Positions 1 to 11,280 of a stretch of DNA of 64,000 nucleotides are shown here, one piece after another. The position numbers were made by a program, and so were the translations under genes. Under the pieces are notes generated by a model that searched no databases, was not told the DNA's origin, and saw nothing but the letters and a program-made list of their open reading frames with translations. Each line of letters opens with the position of its first letter. The first letter of the stretch is position 1. Source of the DNA: Balanoglossus misakiensis (Eukaryota; Animalia; Hemichordata); assembly GCA_040954595.2 (NCBI GenBank), contig CM082591.2, positions 6,934,047 to 6,998,046 of the forward strand, read 5' to 3'.

Positions 1-1137
1 ACCAGAGATGGTCTGCTTTTCAGTAGTTGTCATATTGGTGAACAGAGAAGAATTATCTACTCCTTAGCCGAGAGGGCTGGTACTTTCTTTGACCAGGTGA
101 GTATTTTTGTGAATAAACCCTTGAGAAAATTATTGGTGTAAACCTTTCTAACTTTAAAGAATTTATTGGAAAGTAAAATGCATTGTTGTAAAATGCATTG
201 CAGATGATCTGAGAGATGGAAAACCTGCAGTTACTTAGGATGAGTCATGATAAATAGTCTGTCTCAACACCACTGGCTGTTCCAGATTGTCACTTGGATA
301 AAAAATTGGTAAGTTCCTAATTTGAATTACCTTTTTTGATTATTTATAATCATAACAAAATTAAAGTTTCTTGATATTGTGGAATATCTACATATGACAA
401 TTCCAAAGTCAAATGAAGAAATTGAATGATTGTAGCTAGTGGTTGAAATTGTAGAAATTGAGCATTTTCACCCTGGACCAGAGTTGTTTTATTTCTGGCC
501 ACTGTAACAAAGAGTGAACCTTTCACCCCTTTCTGTTGCATATGGATTCAACCATACCAATCAAAACAGAGGGTTTGAAACACTGTTCTATTTTATGTTG
601 CTTTATGCTGTCTGTGTCTGCCAATAATCAGCCTACTTGTACATTGGACATTTACACACAAATTGGCTCATAGCTTTTCTTTTTTCTATTCTGGCACACC
701 TTGATGCTCCATCAAATGCTCTTGCAGAATTGATCATAACAATCTCATCCACATGATATTGATATTGAGTCAATATCTGCACGCATTTTGATGTTTCTAA
801 TTTACAGACAAAAGTATTCACCAATGACCAGACAGCCAATCTATTCTTGCAAAGAATACAAAGTTGAATTCAAAGATGACAAGGTTGGTATCTTCTGACG
901 TTACTTTGTTTATGTTTGATCAAGTGAAAAGTTTCTTATAATGATTTTGAACTCTCTGAATTGTTGGTGACCAGACCTCTATTCTTATCTTGCCTCATAC
1001 TTGTAAAAATTTGCGTTGTGATGTCAAGGTTTCTGGTAAGTGCCATAAATGTTATGTCATCAAGTTTTCTTATATTATACATTTACACACAATGCAGTTT
1101 GGTAGTACCGGTAGAAGTCTGGCAACCAATGATTCAA

Positions 1138-1473
1138 CATTTACTTGAAGTTTTGAATCAACTGATCCCTTATTATCAACACATGTATTCAACTTATTTT
1201 CCAACACTGAGAATGCACATACCTGTTTTAGAAGGTTTTGCTGAAACACTGGCTCCCTTTGTATCCTCAGATATCTCTTTACTTCCTGTAGTGGAGAGAT
1301 GACTTAGACATTAATTTTACTTGAAGTTTTGAATCAACTGATCCCTTATTATCAGCACATGTATTCAACTGTTATTTTCTAACACTGAGATGAAATGCAC
1401 ATACCTGTTTCAGGAGATTCTGTTGAAACACTGGCTCCCTTTGTATTCTCAGATATCTCTTTACTTCCTGTAG
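1138..1473. repeat. ~180-bp tandem duplication of exon 3' half plus intron start
   Basis: ttttacttgaagttttgaatcaactgatcccttattatc...cttcctgtagt occurs at ~1140-1292 and ~1315-1473. Confidence 0.9.
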
Positions 1474-4400
1474 TCCCTGAATCACCAGCAGTTTCTTTAC
1501 TTCCACCAAAAAATCTCCTTATCTTGCTGATGACACCTTTGGATTGCTTTTCTTCTGCAAAAGAAAGTGATCAAACAATGAAAATATAGTATAATAATAA
1601 TAATAATTTATTTATATAGCGTCAGTATCCACAAAAATTGTGATCAATGGCGCTAAAAGCAAAAATAACACTACAACACATGGCTAAAAAGCAGATTTAA
1701 AAAGTAAAGTTTTAACATTTGATTTAAAAACAGATAAGTCTGGTGCCTGGTGAATGGTGAGTGGAAGATTATTCCAAAGAATTGGAGCAGCAACAGTAAA
1801 AGCATGATCACCATAACTCTTGGTGCATGATCGAACAGGGCAGAGTTTGAACTGATCAGCTGACCTTAAATTGCGACACGGAACATATAGTTTGGTCATG
1901 TTAGAAAGATAGATTGGACCAAGTTTATGAATGGATTTAAAAATGAGAACTAACATCTTAAAAACAATACGCTGTGTAACAGGTAGCCAGTGCAACTGAT
2001 ACAAAATTGGAATGATGTGACAGGTGATTTTTGAACGAGTAACAATTCTAGCAGCAATATTCTGAACACGTTGAATACGGTTGGTTGAATACTTCGGGAG
2101 CCCAAATAAAAGTGAATTCGAGAAGTAATGAATGCATGAACTAATTGCTCTGTGGCAGATTGAGATAAATATTTGCGAATAAGCGCAATGCGACGTAAAT
2201 GAAAAGTGGCAGAGCGGCAGATCTGTCCAATATGTGGCTTCATTGTCAGACAAGAGTCAAGGATCACTCCAAGGCTCTTAGCCTGACAATGGACGGGAAT
2301 CAGAGCATCGCCAACACGAATTTCTGAAATCCCTCTAACAGACAGATCACCCGAAGTACCAGAGAAAATAACAAATTCAGTCTTATCATCGTTTAAGCAC
2401 AAGAAGTTTTCAGACATCCAAAACCTAACATCAGATATACAAAGTTCAAGATTTGAAACAGTTCTTGCTGCGTTGTCTTTACTAAAAGACATATAAAGTG
2501 AAGAGTCATCTGCATAAAAACTATAAAGACAACCATGACTTTGAACTAATTCACCTAATGGAGACGTGTACATATTGAAAAGTATGGGACCAAGAACTGA
2601 TCCCTGTGGTACCCCAGTGTCGAGTGGATAGAAAGGTGATTGGGTGGAATTTACAAGTACACACTGACTACGATAGTGCTGTCAATTAATCTGATTACGT
2701 TTGGCTGATATTTAATGGAATGATTTCTTATTTCTTATGGGATATCTCATTTTCCTCTGTCAAGAATATACCGGGTACTGCTTTCCAACATCAGATTGAA
2801 TCATTTGGCCAACATTGAATGTTTACTCATCTCATTGGATATCTGTGACTGATTTTTCTCTATCAAGAATACTAGTATACTATACCATGCTTTCCAACAT
2901 CAGATTGATGTAAATGTAGTTCCAACTTTCTAAGTTTGTTATTGACAGGTTTTACTAGTGTACCTTTTTCCTTTGTCTTAAATTGTTTTGCTTTGGTTTT
3001 CTCAGTCTCAGTTCCATCTCCTTCCATCATCTTGGCCACAGCCTCAGTGTCTTCTTTTCCCATTGTCTCTGGTTGTGGATGTCTGGCTTTCTCTGCTCCT
3101 GTTTCTTCTGATGCCATCTCAGGTTGCATTGATGCTGGTTTCACAGGCTCATCTTCATCTTTTGTAGCCATGGTTACAGGTGATATGTCTCCTGTGTCAT
3201 CTTTCTTGAGGGGCACATCAGATGGTCTGAGTTTGCCTACAAATATTTGAAATTAAATGGTAAGTACGGTACTTGGTTATAATTCTTACAACAATGAAAC
3301 CTTTTTTATAATCTATATGAGCTGGAAGATTTTTCTTGATGCAGGAATAATGGAAGCAGATTTATATCAATCTCACCTTGTTCAGTTTCCAATTTTGCAT
3401 CTTCCAGTTGAAGAGTTTTAGCAGTTTTCAGTTGCAGCTCAGTGTCAGATTGCTCATCCTGGATTTTGGATAATTTTGACTTCAGCTCAGTTATGGTTTG
3501 TTCTTGTTGCTCAAGTTTAGATTCCAACTCTTGGATGTGTCTAGGGTCTGATTCTCTCAATCTTTGCTTCAGGGAAATGACATCCATAAGTTGTGTTGAG
3601 GCTACTTTCTCAACACTTGCAAGTTTCTGTTTGTACTGCTCTTCTAAGAGTGACTTTTCCTGAAGTGCTTCTTTCAACTGATTCTCTAGAATCATTTTCT
3701 CTGTCTGCAGTTTAGTGATTTCTCCAACTAGCTTTCTCTTATTCTCAACTGACTCAGTCTGCAGTTTAGTGTTTTCTTTAACTAGCTTTCTCTTATTCTC
3801 AACTGACTCAGTCTGCAGTTTAGTGATTTCTCCAACTAGCTTTCTCTTATTCTCAACTGACTCAGTCTGCAGTTTAGTGATTTCTCCAACTAGCTTTCTC
3901 TTATTCTCAACTGACTCAGTCACAATTTTGGACTTCTCTGTCAGGGCCCCATCCAACTGTTGTTTTAGTTCTTTGAGCTGATTTGCACTAGCTTCAAAGG
4001 GCAGTAAGCTTTTTGCTTGTAAGCTGATAGACTCTGCTGGTATGGGATGAATTGGTATGCCATGTAGTGTGATTTCTTCTTCCAATTCTGAAATGGGGAA
4101 TGTAGATAAATTTTATTGATATCAAGTAACCTTGGACATGTATTAAGTTCCATAATTATCACACATAGAGAATGATAATGTTGCTAAACTATTATAAAGT
4201 TTCATTCATGTTGCACAGTGAATAGCTGTGTATGTTCCTATTTACTTTTTGTTACAAAGTGCATCAAACATACTTCCCTTTGTAAAGCAAATGTGCTGTT
4301 TGCATCATATTTATGAATTACCTGAGTCACTAAAATCCATCCTTTCTGTGTCAGTCATTAGGTACCTTCTAACACCCAGTAACTCTAACACTTGAGGTCT

Positions 4401-7400
4401 GTGAGATAGGATATGCTGAACTTTCTCGGTCATTTTCACTGTAAGTTGTATGATGTCATACTGTCTTCCTTTCTGTCTTTTATACTGCTCACTGTTGAGT
4501 ATCAGAGGTGCATATTTGTCAGCTGACTTCTGGATTTCTTGTGTCGGATCAATCTCAAGGAACAACAACTTGGATAATATCCCACCTGCAAAATACACAC
4601 AAAATCAGGTTTTAAGTCTTGGCACATGAAGCATCAAATTAAGCTGGTTATGAAGAAAGAATAAGTGGTTCACGGTGTTGAATGTAAAATATAACCCATA
4701 ACCAGATATCACGGCCACAACAAAATCCTTCCTACATCATCCCTCAGATAAAAAAATGTCAGGACATTATAGTGCAAGTGTACACTGACAAGTCAAATAT
4801 GTGTGTAATTGTCAAGAGAAAAATTTGAATAACTGTTAAGAAACCATTCATGTCAGTAATTATTTACGATTGCATTTGAAATATCATGCCCAATCTCTGA
4901 GCATTTGAAAGACTGAAATGTTGAAGACCAAAATCCAATGTTGAAGACAAAAATCCATTCTAATCTGTGAATATTTATGAAGCCTTATGTGCAGTGTGTG
5001 CACATATCCCCCACTGTGTATATAAGGGACCGTTCAGTTTTTACGGCCGGGGGGGGGGGGGGGTTTACTTAAATTTTGAAGTCCAAAAGGGGGGGTCATC
5101 TGTTTTTTTTAAACGTTTAGGGGGGGGGTCACATATTTTTGCCACCGAAGTTTTACTTTTGAGTCCACAAAATTGCAGTTTCGCGCCCTTTATTTTACAA
5201 AATTTTCTAATGTGGGAGGGGGACACCCTCCCACATTAGGGGGACACCAACCCCCTCCATTCTCCCTTACATTGCATTTATTCGCTGGTTTGTCTAGTGT
5301 ACCAGGGCAGACTTCTTCCCACCCTACCCCGATGCTTCTTTTGAGTGGAGTGGCAAAATTAAAATTTGTCCTCCCTAACATTAAGTTAATTTGCTTTTGA
5401 GTTCATTAAAATGCAACTTTGAGCATTGTATTTTACCAAATTTTCGTATGTGGGAGGGGGACACCCCCTCCCACGCCCACCCCCGCCACTTTTCTTGTTT
5501 TACCGATTCTAGCAACTATTGTATTGACTTGTCATTTTATTTTGTTCATAGATTTCTTTATTGCAACGATATACTATTATATACTTCAATTACTTTTAAG
5601 AAATGTATAATTGAGGTGTGAGGAGCCTCATTCCCTTTATTTGATACAGTGTACATAGGATCAGGACGGCGAATGTTTTCGGCGTGGGGGGGGGTCATCA
5701 TATTTTTGGGTCTGTCAAAGGGGGGGGGGTCATCATTTTTTGGTGCTGGGTGAAGGGGGGGGGTCAGCCTGATTTTGAGAACCGATGACACAAACTTGCC
5801 GCCCCCCCCCCCCCAGCCGTAAAAACTGAACGGTCCCTAAGTGTTCGTTTGAAAATTGTGGTCAGTGTGTTCTAAGCAAAATATATGCCCAAGTTATCTG
5901 ATCACAGCTGGACCAGAAAGTCAAAAGATGAACAAATGTGGACTAGAGTACGTACCAAATGTTTCCAGTACTTGACTATTATTTATATTAAATTACTCAC
6001 TTTGTTTCAGGTCAGTCTGTTCAATATCAACATATTTTTCTATAACCTCCCGTTGCAAAGTTAGGTGTGTTCTGTCAACCTGAAATTGGAAGTTATGCTG
6101 CATAAAAGGCTTTATCCTTTTACCGGATACATTATGAAGTGCATAAATTCATCATGCATCTATCACTGTCATATTTTTTAGCACTCACAATAAATTGACC
6201 TGTGTAGTCAACATGACTCTGGAAGACAATAATCATCCAAGAGCAGCTTGGCTTGCAGTGTGGCACTTTAAGGGTTAAAATTACAAAGCATACCTCGGCC
6301 AGTATCTCATTGACATATTCATCGTCTACGCTGTCGTTACATACCACTGGTCCTATTCCTCCACCATCTCCTGAAAGATAATAAATAAAACATTTTTTCT
6401 AGGAAATCATATCTGTTACTGTTACAACAATTACGTATACACACAGAAGTCATTCAAAATTTAAGTTATCCTATTTCATCTATATGTCAAACAAGTTACA
6501 TGTACATTGAGTAGAAATGTTGATATGAAATCTTTGTCAAATTGCAACCAATTTTTTCTGGTTTAATCAATAATCTGAGAGTTTTATGATAGCCCTATCT
6601 GATAAACAAAACTTACTGTTCAGAAAGAATAGTTCCAGTTCATCAAACCTGGCTTGGTCATATGTAGCTATCAACTGTAGTGGAATTCCAGCTGTGTTGG
6701 CCTCTGTCATTTCATCTGTCATCAAGATTGGTTCTAATGCCGTGGCTAAACTTCTTGAATCTTCAAGACAGCTTCCCCGCAATCTGTAGAGATTGTAAAG
6801 TCTACGCATGTTGGCTGTGATTTGCAGAGACTCTGATTTCATACTGGTTATTTCCACTTCACCCAAATTCTCAGTGCAGACTTTCTTGACTTTCTCAGTG
6901 TCATCACTGTTGGATACGACATCAGATGCTCTTCTCTTCAACTGTTTATTGCAGTTGTTCCAAGCTGTAGATGCTGCCTGTTGCCTTTCCTCATTCTGGC
7001 CCTCATTTTCTGCTAGATGTTGCTGATAGGCAGTTTCATCCAGTTGGACATGGATTGCAATTTTTGTGTCAGTGGGATTATCTATGGATGATGACAGGTA
7101 GAACAACAATTATGTCAGAGACAATAATGACAATAAATTACATACATGCACCAAATGAATCTGAATTCCTGTTTGGTATGAGCATGGCCTAATCAAAACC
7201 GATCACTTGGTGATAGTTTTTTTTTTTAGCTAAGGAGACAAGCAGTTCAGATCAGTGTCTAAATTAATGTTGTGATAATTCAAACATGATTAGTAAGTTA
7301 CATAAGCCACGATTGGGTTGGGGGAGAATTAATCTACCGTACTAGTGGGAGAACCATGGATTGAAAATTGCTCCTTTAAGAAATGCAGGCACACTGACTA

Positions 7401-10027
7401 GCCTTGCAGGTCAAAAACCATTAAAACCACATGATTGCATCCCAAACAAAAACCTTGAGGGCAAAATATTTAAAATGTCCCATACCTGCAGGATTTATAT
7501 CCTTGCCACATGGGTCAACTCTGTCTTCCTGTTCCCTTATTTCGTCTGGTGTCAACAAACTGCTGAATTTGGCGTAACACTTGTTGACATCTTCACACTC
7601 CATGAGAGCCTTCTTCAGCTCCTTAGCTTCTTCAAAAGCTGACCTGGTGTTCTTGACACTCCATATTATCTTCTCTGAAATCTTATCAGATGAGTGTGAC
7701 ACTACAAATCTGTCTGCGTGGTATGGAAAGTATTTCTTGACTAACTTTCCAAGCTGGGAATATTCATCAGGATAGGTTGGTAGTCCAACTGCTATAGATT
7801 CTAAACCGCTATACGGATAGTCCTTGTAGACAGAGACAGGAAGACAACTGTGAGATTGATGCACTGATATCATTAAGGTCTTTTCTGAGTATTCTGGGTG
7901 AGGATATGCCATTACATGATTGCTGTTCATCTGCTGTAGAATATGCTTCAGTTCAGCCTCACCTGCTCCCCGTATTGACCAATTCAGAAGTTTGTTGTGA
8001 AAGTCTTTCACCAGGTTTGCTGCACTTCCAATAGCAGCTGCTATTGTCTCACATCTGTCCAAGGCTTCTTGTGTATCAATCTGCCCGTATGTCAGTATGC
8101 TGTGAGTAGTCACTCCATCTAGGAACGTTGGGTCTTTTCTGAAAAAGACTTCAGCAGGTCTGGGAAAAATCTCTTCATGAGGGATCATGTGTAGTTCCCT
8201 GCCATTAAAGGTAGCCCGGTATTCGTTCTTGAAATGCTCATACATACTTGGACCAATAGAAAATATGATGTCAGCTTCACTGGCCAGCTTCAGCATAATT
8301 TCACTAAACTTCCCTTTTGGTTGTTTCAACAGACAGTTGCCTTCTTCATAGGCATGGTTGATCATCACTAGTTCTGCATCAGGAAACAATTTTTTTCTGA
8401 TATTTGCAGCAGCAAATCCAGTCCTCGGAGCATAACCAACAACATATTTGATGTTTTGTAGCTGTCTGAGGTGAGGGTAGTAGGTTTCATGATATTTCGT
8501 CAACCATTTTAAATGTGGCTGATCTTCTTCTGGCTCTGCAGTTCTGTCTTCTTCTTGTTGTTGTGCTGGAATCAATTTAACCCGACACTTGGCAGCATCT
8601 GCCTTCTGGTCATCACTGACTTTGACACCAACAAATGTGGAGTAGGCGTTAACAGGTGTTTCTTCTTTGACTTTTCTTGCACAGAAATCTTGTACGAGAG
8701 TTCTGTGAAACCCAGTCAAGCCACAATCTTCTTTGTTCCAGTCGTCATACACAAATAATACTCCAGGAGGTGGATCTGGAAGATGGAGTTGATGAAGTTT
8801 GGCTTCAGGGAAGAGACTTTCGTGGATTGCTTTGGCTGCATTCTGTGTCTTTGGAGAATATCCGACTACATGTTGGATGTTTGTCAGTTCCTTCAGTCTA
8901 GGGAAGTATGTACCATGGTTAACAAGCCAGTGTACTCCAGGGGGGTCTTCATGAGGATCCATCCTCTTGTCTCTTACAGCTGAGATCAAAGTAGCACCAA
9001 CACTCTCTGCATCTTTCTTTTGTTCTTCACTCACTTCAACTTCAAGGGTAGTACAGTTGAATTCAGAAACTTCATCTGGCTTCAGTTTTGCTTCCCGAAA
9101 TTCAGTGACAAGTTTGTTAGTTGGTGTTGTCTGATCTTCTGATTCTGTCAGCCAGGTTTGCATGACCATTAATGCTGCCACAGGTGGTGGATTGGGAAGT
9201 TGGAGTTGGTGAAGTTTGGCTTCAGGGAAGAGACTTTCTTGAATTGCTTTGGCTGCATTGTGTGTCTGTGGAGAATATCCGACTACATGTTGGATGTTTT
9301 TCAGTTCCTTCAGTCCTGGGAAGTGGATACTGTGGCTGGCAAACCAGTGTACTCCAGGGGGGTCTTCAGAAGGATTCAACCTCTCGTCTCTTATAGCTGG
9401 GATCAAAGTAACATCAACACTCTCTGCATCTTTCTCTTGTTCTTCACTAACTTCAACTTCAAGTGTAGTACAGTACGATTGAGAAACTTTCTCTGACTTC
9501 AGGGTTTCTTCTCGAAATTTTGTGACAAGCTGATGAGTTGGTGTTGTTGTCTGATCTTCTGATTCTGTCTGCCAGGTTTGCATGACCATTAATGCTGCCA
9601 CAGGTGGTGGATTGGGAAGTTGGAGTTGATGAAGTTTGGCTTCAGGGAAGAGACTTTCTTGAATTACTTTGGCTGCATTGTGTGTCTGTGGAGAATATCC
9701 GACTACATGTTGGATGTTTTTAAGTTCTTTCAGCTTTGGGAAGTGGATACTGTGGCTGGCAAACCAGTGTACTCCAGGGGGGTCTTCATGAGGATCCAAC
9801 CTCTTGTCTCTTACAGCTGGGATCAAAGTAGCATCAACACTCTCTGCATCTTTCTCTTGTTCTTCACTAACTTCAACTTCAAGGGTAGTACAGAGGAATT
9901 CAGAAACATTCTCAGACTGGAGTGTGTGTTTTTTTAGATGTTTGATTATAGCTTGAGTTGGTTGGGAGGTTTTTGCCTCCTTGTCCCATGATTTCAATAC
10001 AACCAGTGCTGCAGATGGTTCTGACAT
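1223..10027 (-). CDS. Multi-exon gene: 3x GT4 N-lobe repeats + GT4 (conflict-type) glycosyltransferase-like domain + TRADD-N-like domain + coiled coil + charged low-complexity tail; 3' end not resolved
   Basis: Phase-compatible GT-AG exons read by eye: 10027(ATG)-7486, 7081-6617, 6370-6294, 6079-6001, 4585-4322, 4087-3377, 3236-2964 (alternative donor 2886), 1554-1405, 1285-1223. The 868-aa ORF has GT-B/GT4 features (VLFVYDDW..GLTGFHR, YVVGYAPRTG, ADIIFSIGP, GLESIAVGLP) like the GT4 domains of invertebrate NLR/Death-domain proteins. Confidence 0.8.
1591..2672 (-). mobile_element. 5'-truncated, frameshifted CR1/L2-group LINE (RT C-terminal part, 3' UTR, (TTA)n tail)
   Basis: GVPQGSVLGPILF and FYADD RT motifs, LHWLPV..RIVFK and FKSNVKTLLF C-terminal motifs; frameshift near 2115 (overlapping ORFs 1950..2573 and 1684..2253); (TTA)n tail at 1591-1607; possible ATAGT TSD at 1586-1590 / 2673-2677. 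Confidence 0.93.
3703..3918 (-). repeat. Four 54-bp coding tandem repeats (TESVENKRKLVGEITKLQ) in coiled-coil exon
   Basis: gtctgcagtttagtg at 3703, 3757, 3811 and 3865. Confidence 0.97.
5026..5837. mobile_element. PIF/Harbinger-type MITE with poly-G/C subtermini
   Basis: TIR GGGACCGTTCAGTTTTTACGGC / GCCGTAAAAACTGAACGGTCCC; TAA on both flanks. Confidence 0.88.
6617..7081 (-). CDS. Exon encoding probable TRADD-N-like domain
   Basis: Strand-helix pattern IAIHVQLDE...GEVEITSMKSESLQITANMRRLYNLYRLRGSC..SLATALEPILMT, directly after the GT4 domain, resembles TRADD-N-like domains that follow GT4 in invertebrate proteins. Splice sites catag|AT and AACA|GTAAGT. Confidence 0.55.
7486..10027 (-). CDS. 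Large single exon encoding the N-lobe repeats and the full GT4-like domain
   Basis: ORF 7421..10027; acceptor cttcttcccag(cag) at ~10038-10043; donor GCAG|GTATG at 7486. Confidence 0.85.
8764..10020 (-). repeat. Three tandem ~417-420 bp coding repeats (139-140 aa)
   Basis: caggtggtggattgggaagttggag at 9181 and 9601 (420 bp apart), variant at 8764 (417 bp); protein repeat CTTLEVEVSEEQ..DPPGVHW..NIQHVVGYSP..SLFPEAKLHQL. Confidence 0.97.
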
Positions 10028-10352
10028 AATTACATTCCTGCTGGGAAGAAGTATACCAGTATACAGTACGGTATAATACTGCTGTACCGGTAGGTGATGG
10101 TGAAATTTGTTTCAGGGAAAACTTGACAGTATGTAATTAGTATTGTGACATATTCATGACTGCGTACTCTACCGGTATACTACGTGATATGACATGATTG
10201 TAAAGCAGCTCCCTAAAGGTCAAATGAGGTCACAGTCAGTGTAAAGCCAGGACACAACATGAAGGATTAAATATTAACCATAGTCTGCATGTTGCATTAT
10301 GTCCTACTTTGATTGACAGAATAGTTGGAGCTTAAATTGGAAGTGGCCTGAC

Positions 10353-10710
10353 CAGAGGTTCCGTTAGATTTTTTTTCTATGCGTACTTCAATATGCATTC
10401 AGAATTTACTTTGCGTAAAATGTATCAAAATTGCATAGGAAGTTGAAAGCCTGTAACAGAACACCACCGTACAATGTTGCAAAGTTTAATCTGTAATGTA
10501 GCCTGAGTGAAAATTGCAACATTTCTGTGCGTAAATGTAAAGTTATCTGCGCGTCCAGTTATTTTTAGCTTGTAAACCTTGCCTATACAATTTCCTTATC
10601 TCTAGTGGCTAGAGTCAATACGTACTGGTGTACGCGTCCATCATTGTCTTTGCGTAATTATGGTCAGAAAGGCGTAAAATATGCAGGATTTTGCGTTAAT
10701 GGAACCACTG
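10353..10710. mobile_element. hAT-like non-autonomous element
   Basis: Termini CAGAGGTTCCGTTA / TAATGGAACCACTG; flanks GCCTGAC / GCCGGAC (imperfect TSD); internal TGCGTA/TACGC subterminal motifs. Confidence 0.6.
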
Positions 10711-10997
10711 GCCGGACTATAAATAATAATTCTCGTACAGTGGTCGACAGAATTACAAAATGAGGGATTATTCTGCCAGGGATATGTTGAACAAATGGAG
10801 GTTTATATATGAAAGTTCTAATGTCTTCAACAGTGTACATACATTAAAACAGAAGTTTGGAGTGTATGAAGCAAAGGAAATTAATTGTTCAGATATTCAA
10901 ATCAAGAAATGTCTGAACTATAGAGTGCGTTGAATTTTAGGGTTGGACTAATCGGACCTGCACTTTTGAAATGATCAACTTCAATACAACAACATAC

Positions 10998-11280
10998 CTG
11001 TTGACAGCTGTAACAGAGCAGCTGAACCTCCCACAGGACACGTCTTGTTTTCAGGTAGATTAATAAATGCACAGATCCACAAATTTTGGAGGAAGTTGAT
11101 TCTCATCAGGCAAAATCAGCAGAAAATCCCGGAGTTCAGTTATGGGCGTACAGGAGTGCTGTGTGTGGGTTGTCATGTGATATCTGTGTTGTACCCTGGT
11201 ACTTATTGACACAGTCTGGACAAGGTCAAAGTTCATTCGCTATCACCAACGTTCAGTTTGTGATACAAACAAGGAGACTA
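10998..11280 (-). other. Candidate non-coding first exon of the GT4-like gene (5' limit uncertain)
   Basis: Good donor CAG|GTATGT at 10998; the coding exon has an acceptor only ~10-13 nt upstream of its ATG, implying an upstream exon. Confidence 0.4.

Noticed and set aside
1510-1545. KGVISK peptide shared between the GT4-like gene tail and a PARP exon (~22530)
   Set aside because: Six residues in low-complexity context with no flanking similarity; probably chance.
1684-2573. Functional or domesticated reverse transcriptase
   Set aside because: 5'-truncated, frameshifted, with LINE tail; ordinary dead copy.
7421-10027. Bacterial contamination or a fresh horizontal transfer of a glycosyltransferase
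   Set aside because: The exon has canonical splice sites, joins downstream exons in frame and matches host base composition; ancient origin cannot be judged here.
10030-10035. Start-stop uORF (ATGTAA) just upstream of the GT4-like ATG
   Set aside because: Visible, but a 6-mer expected by chance; no support without conservation or ribosome data.
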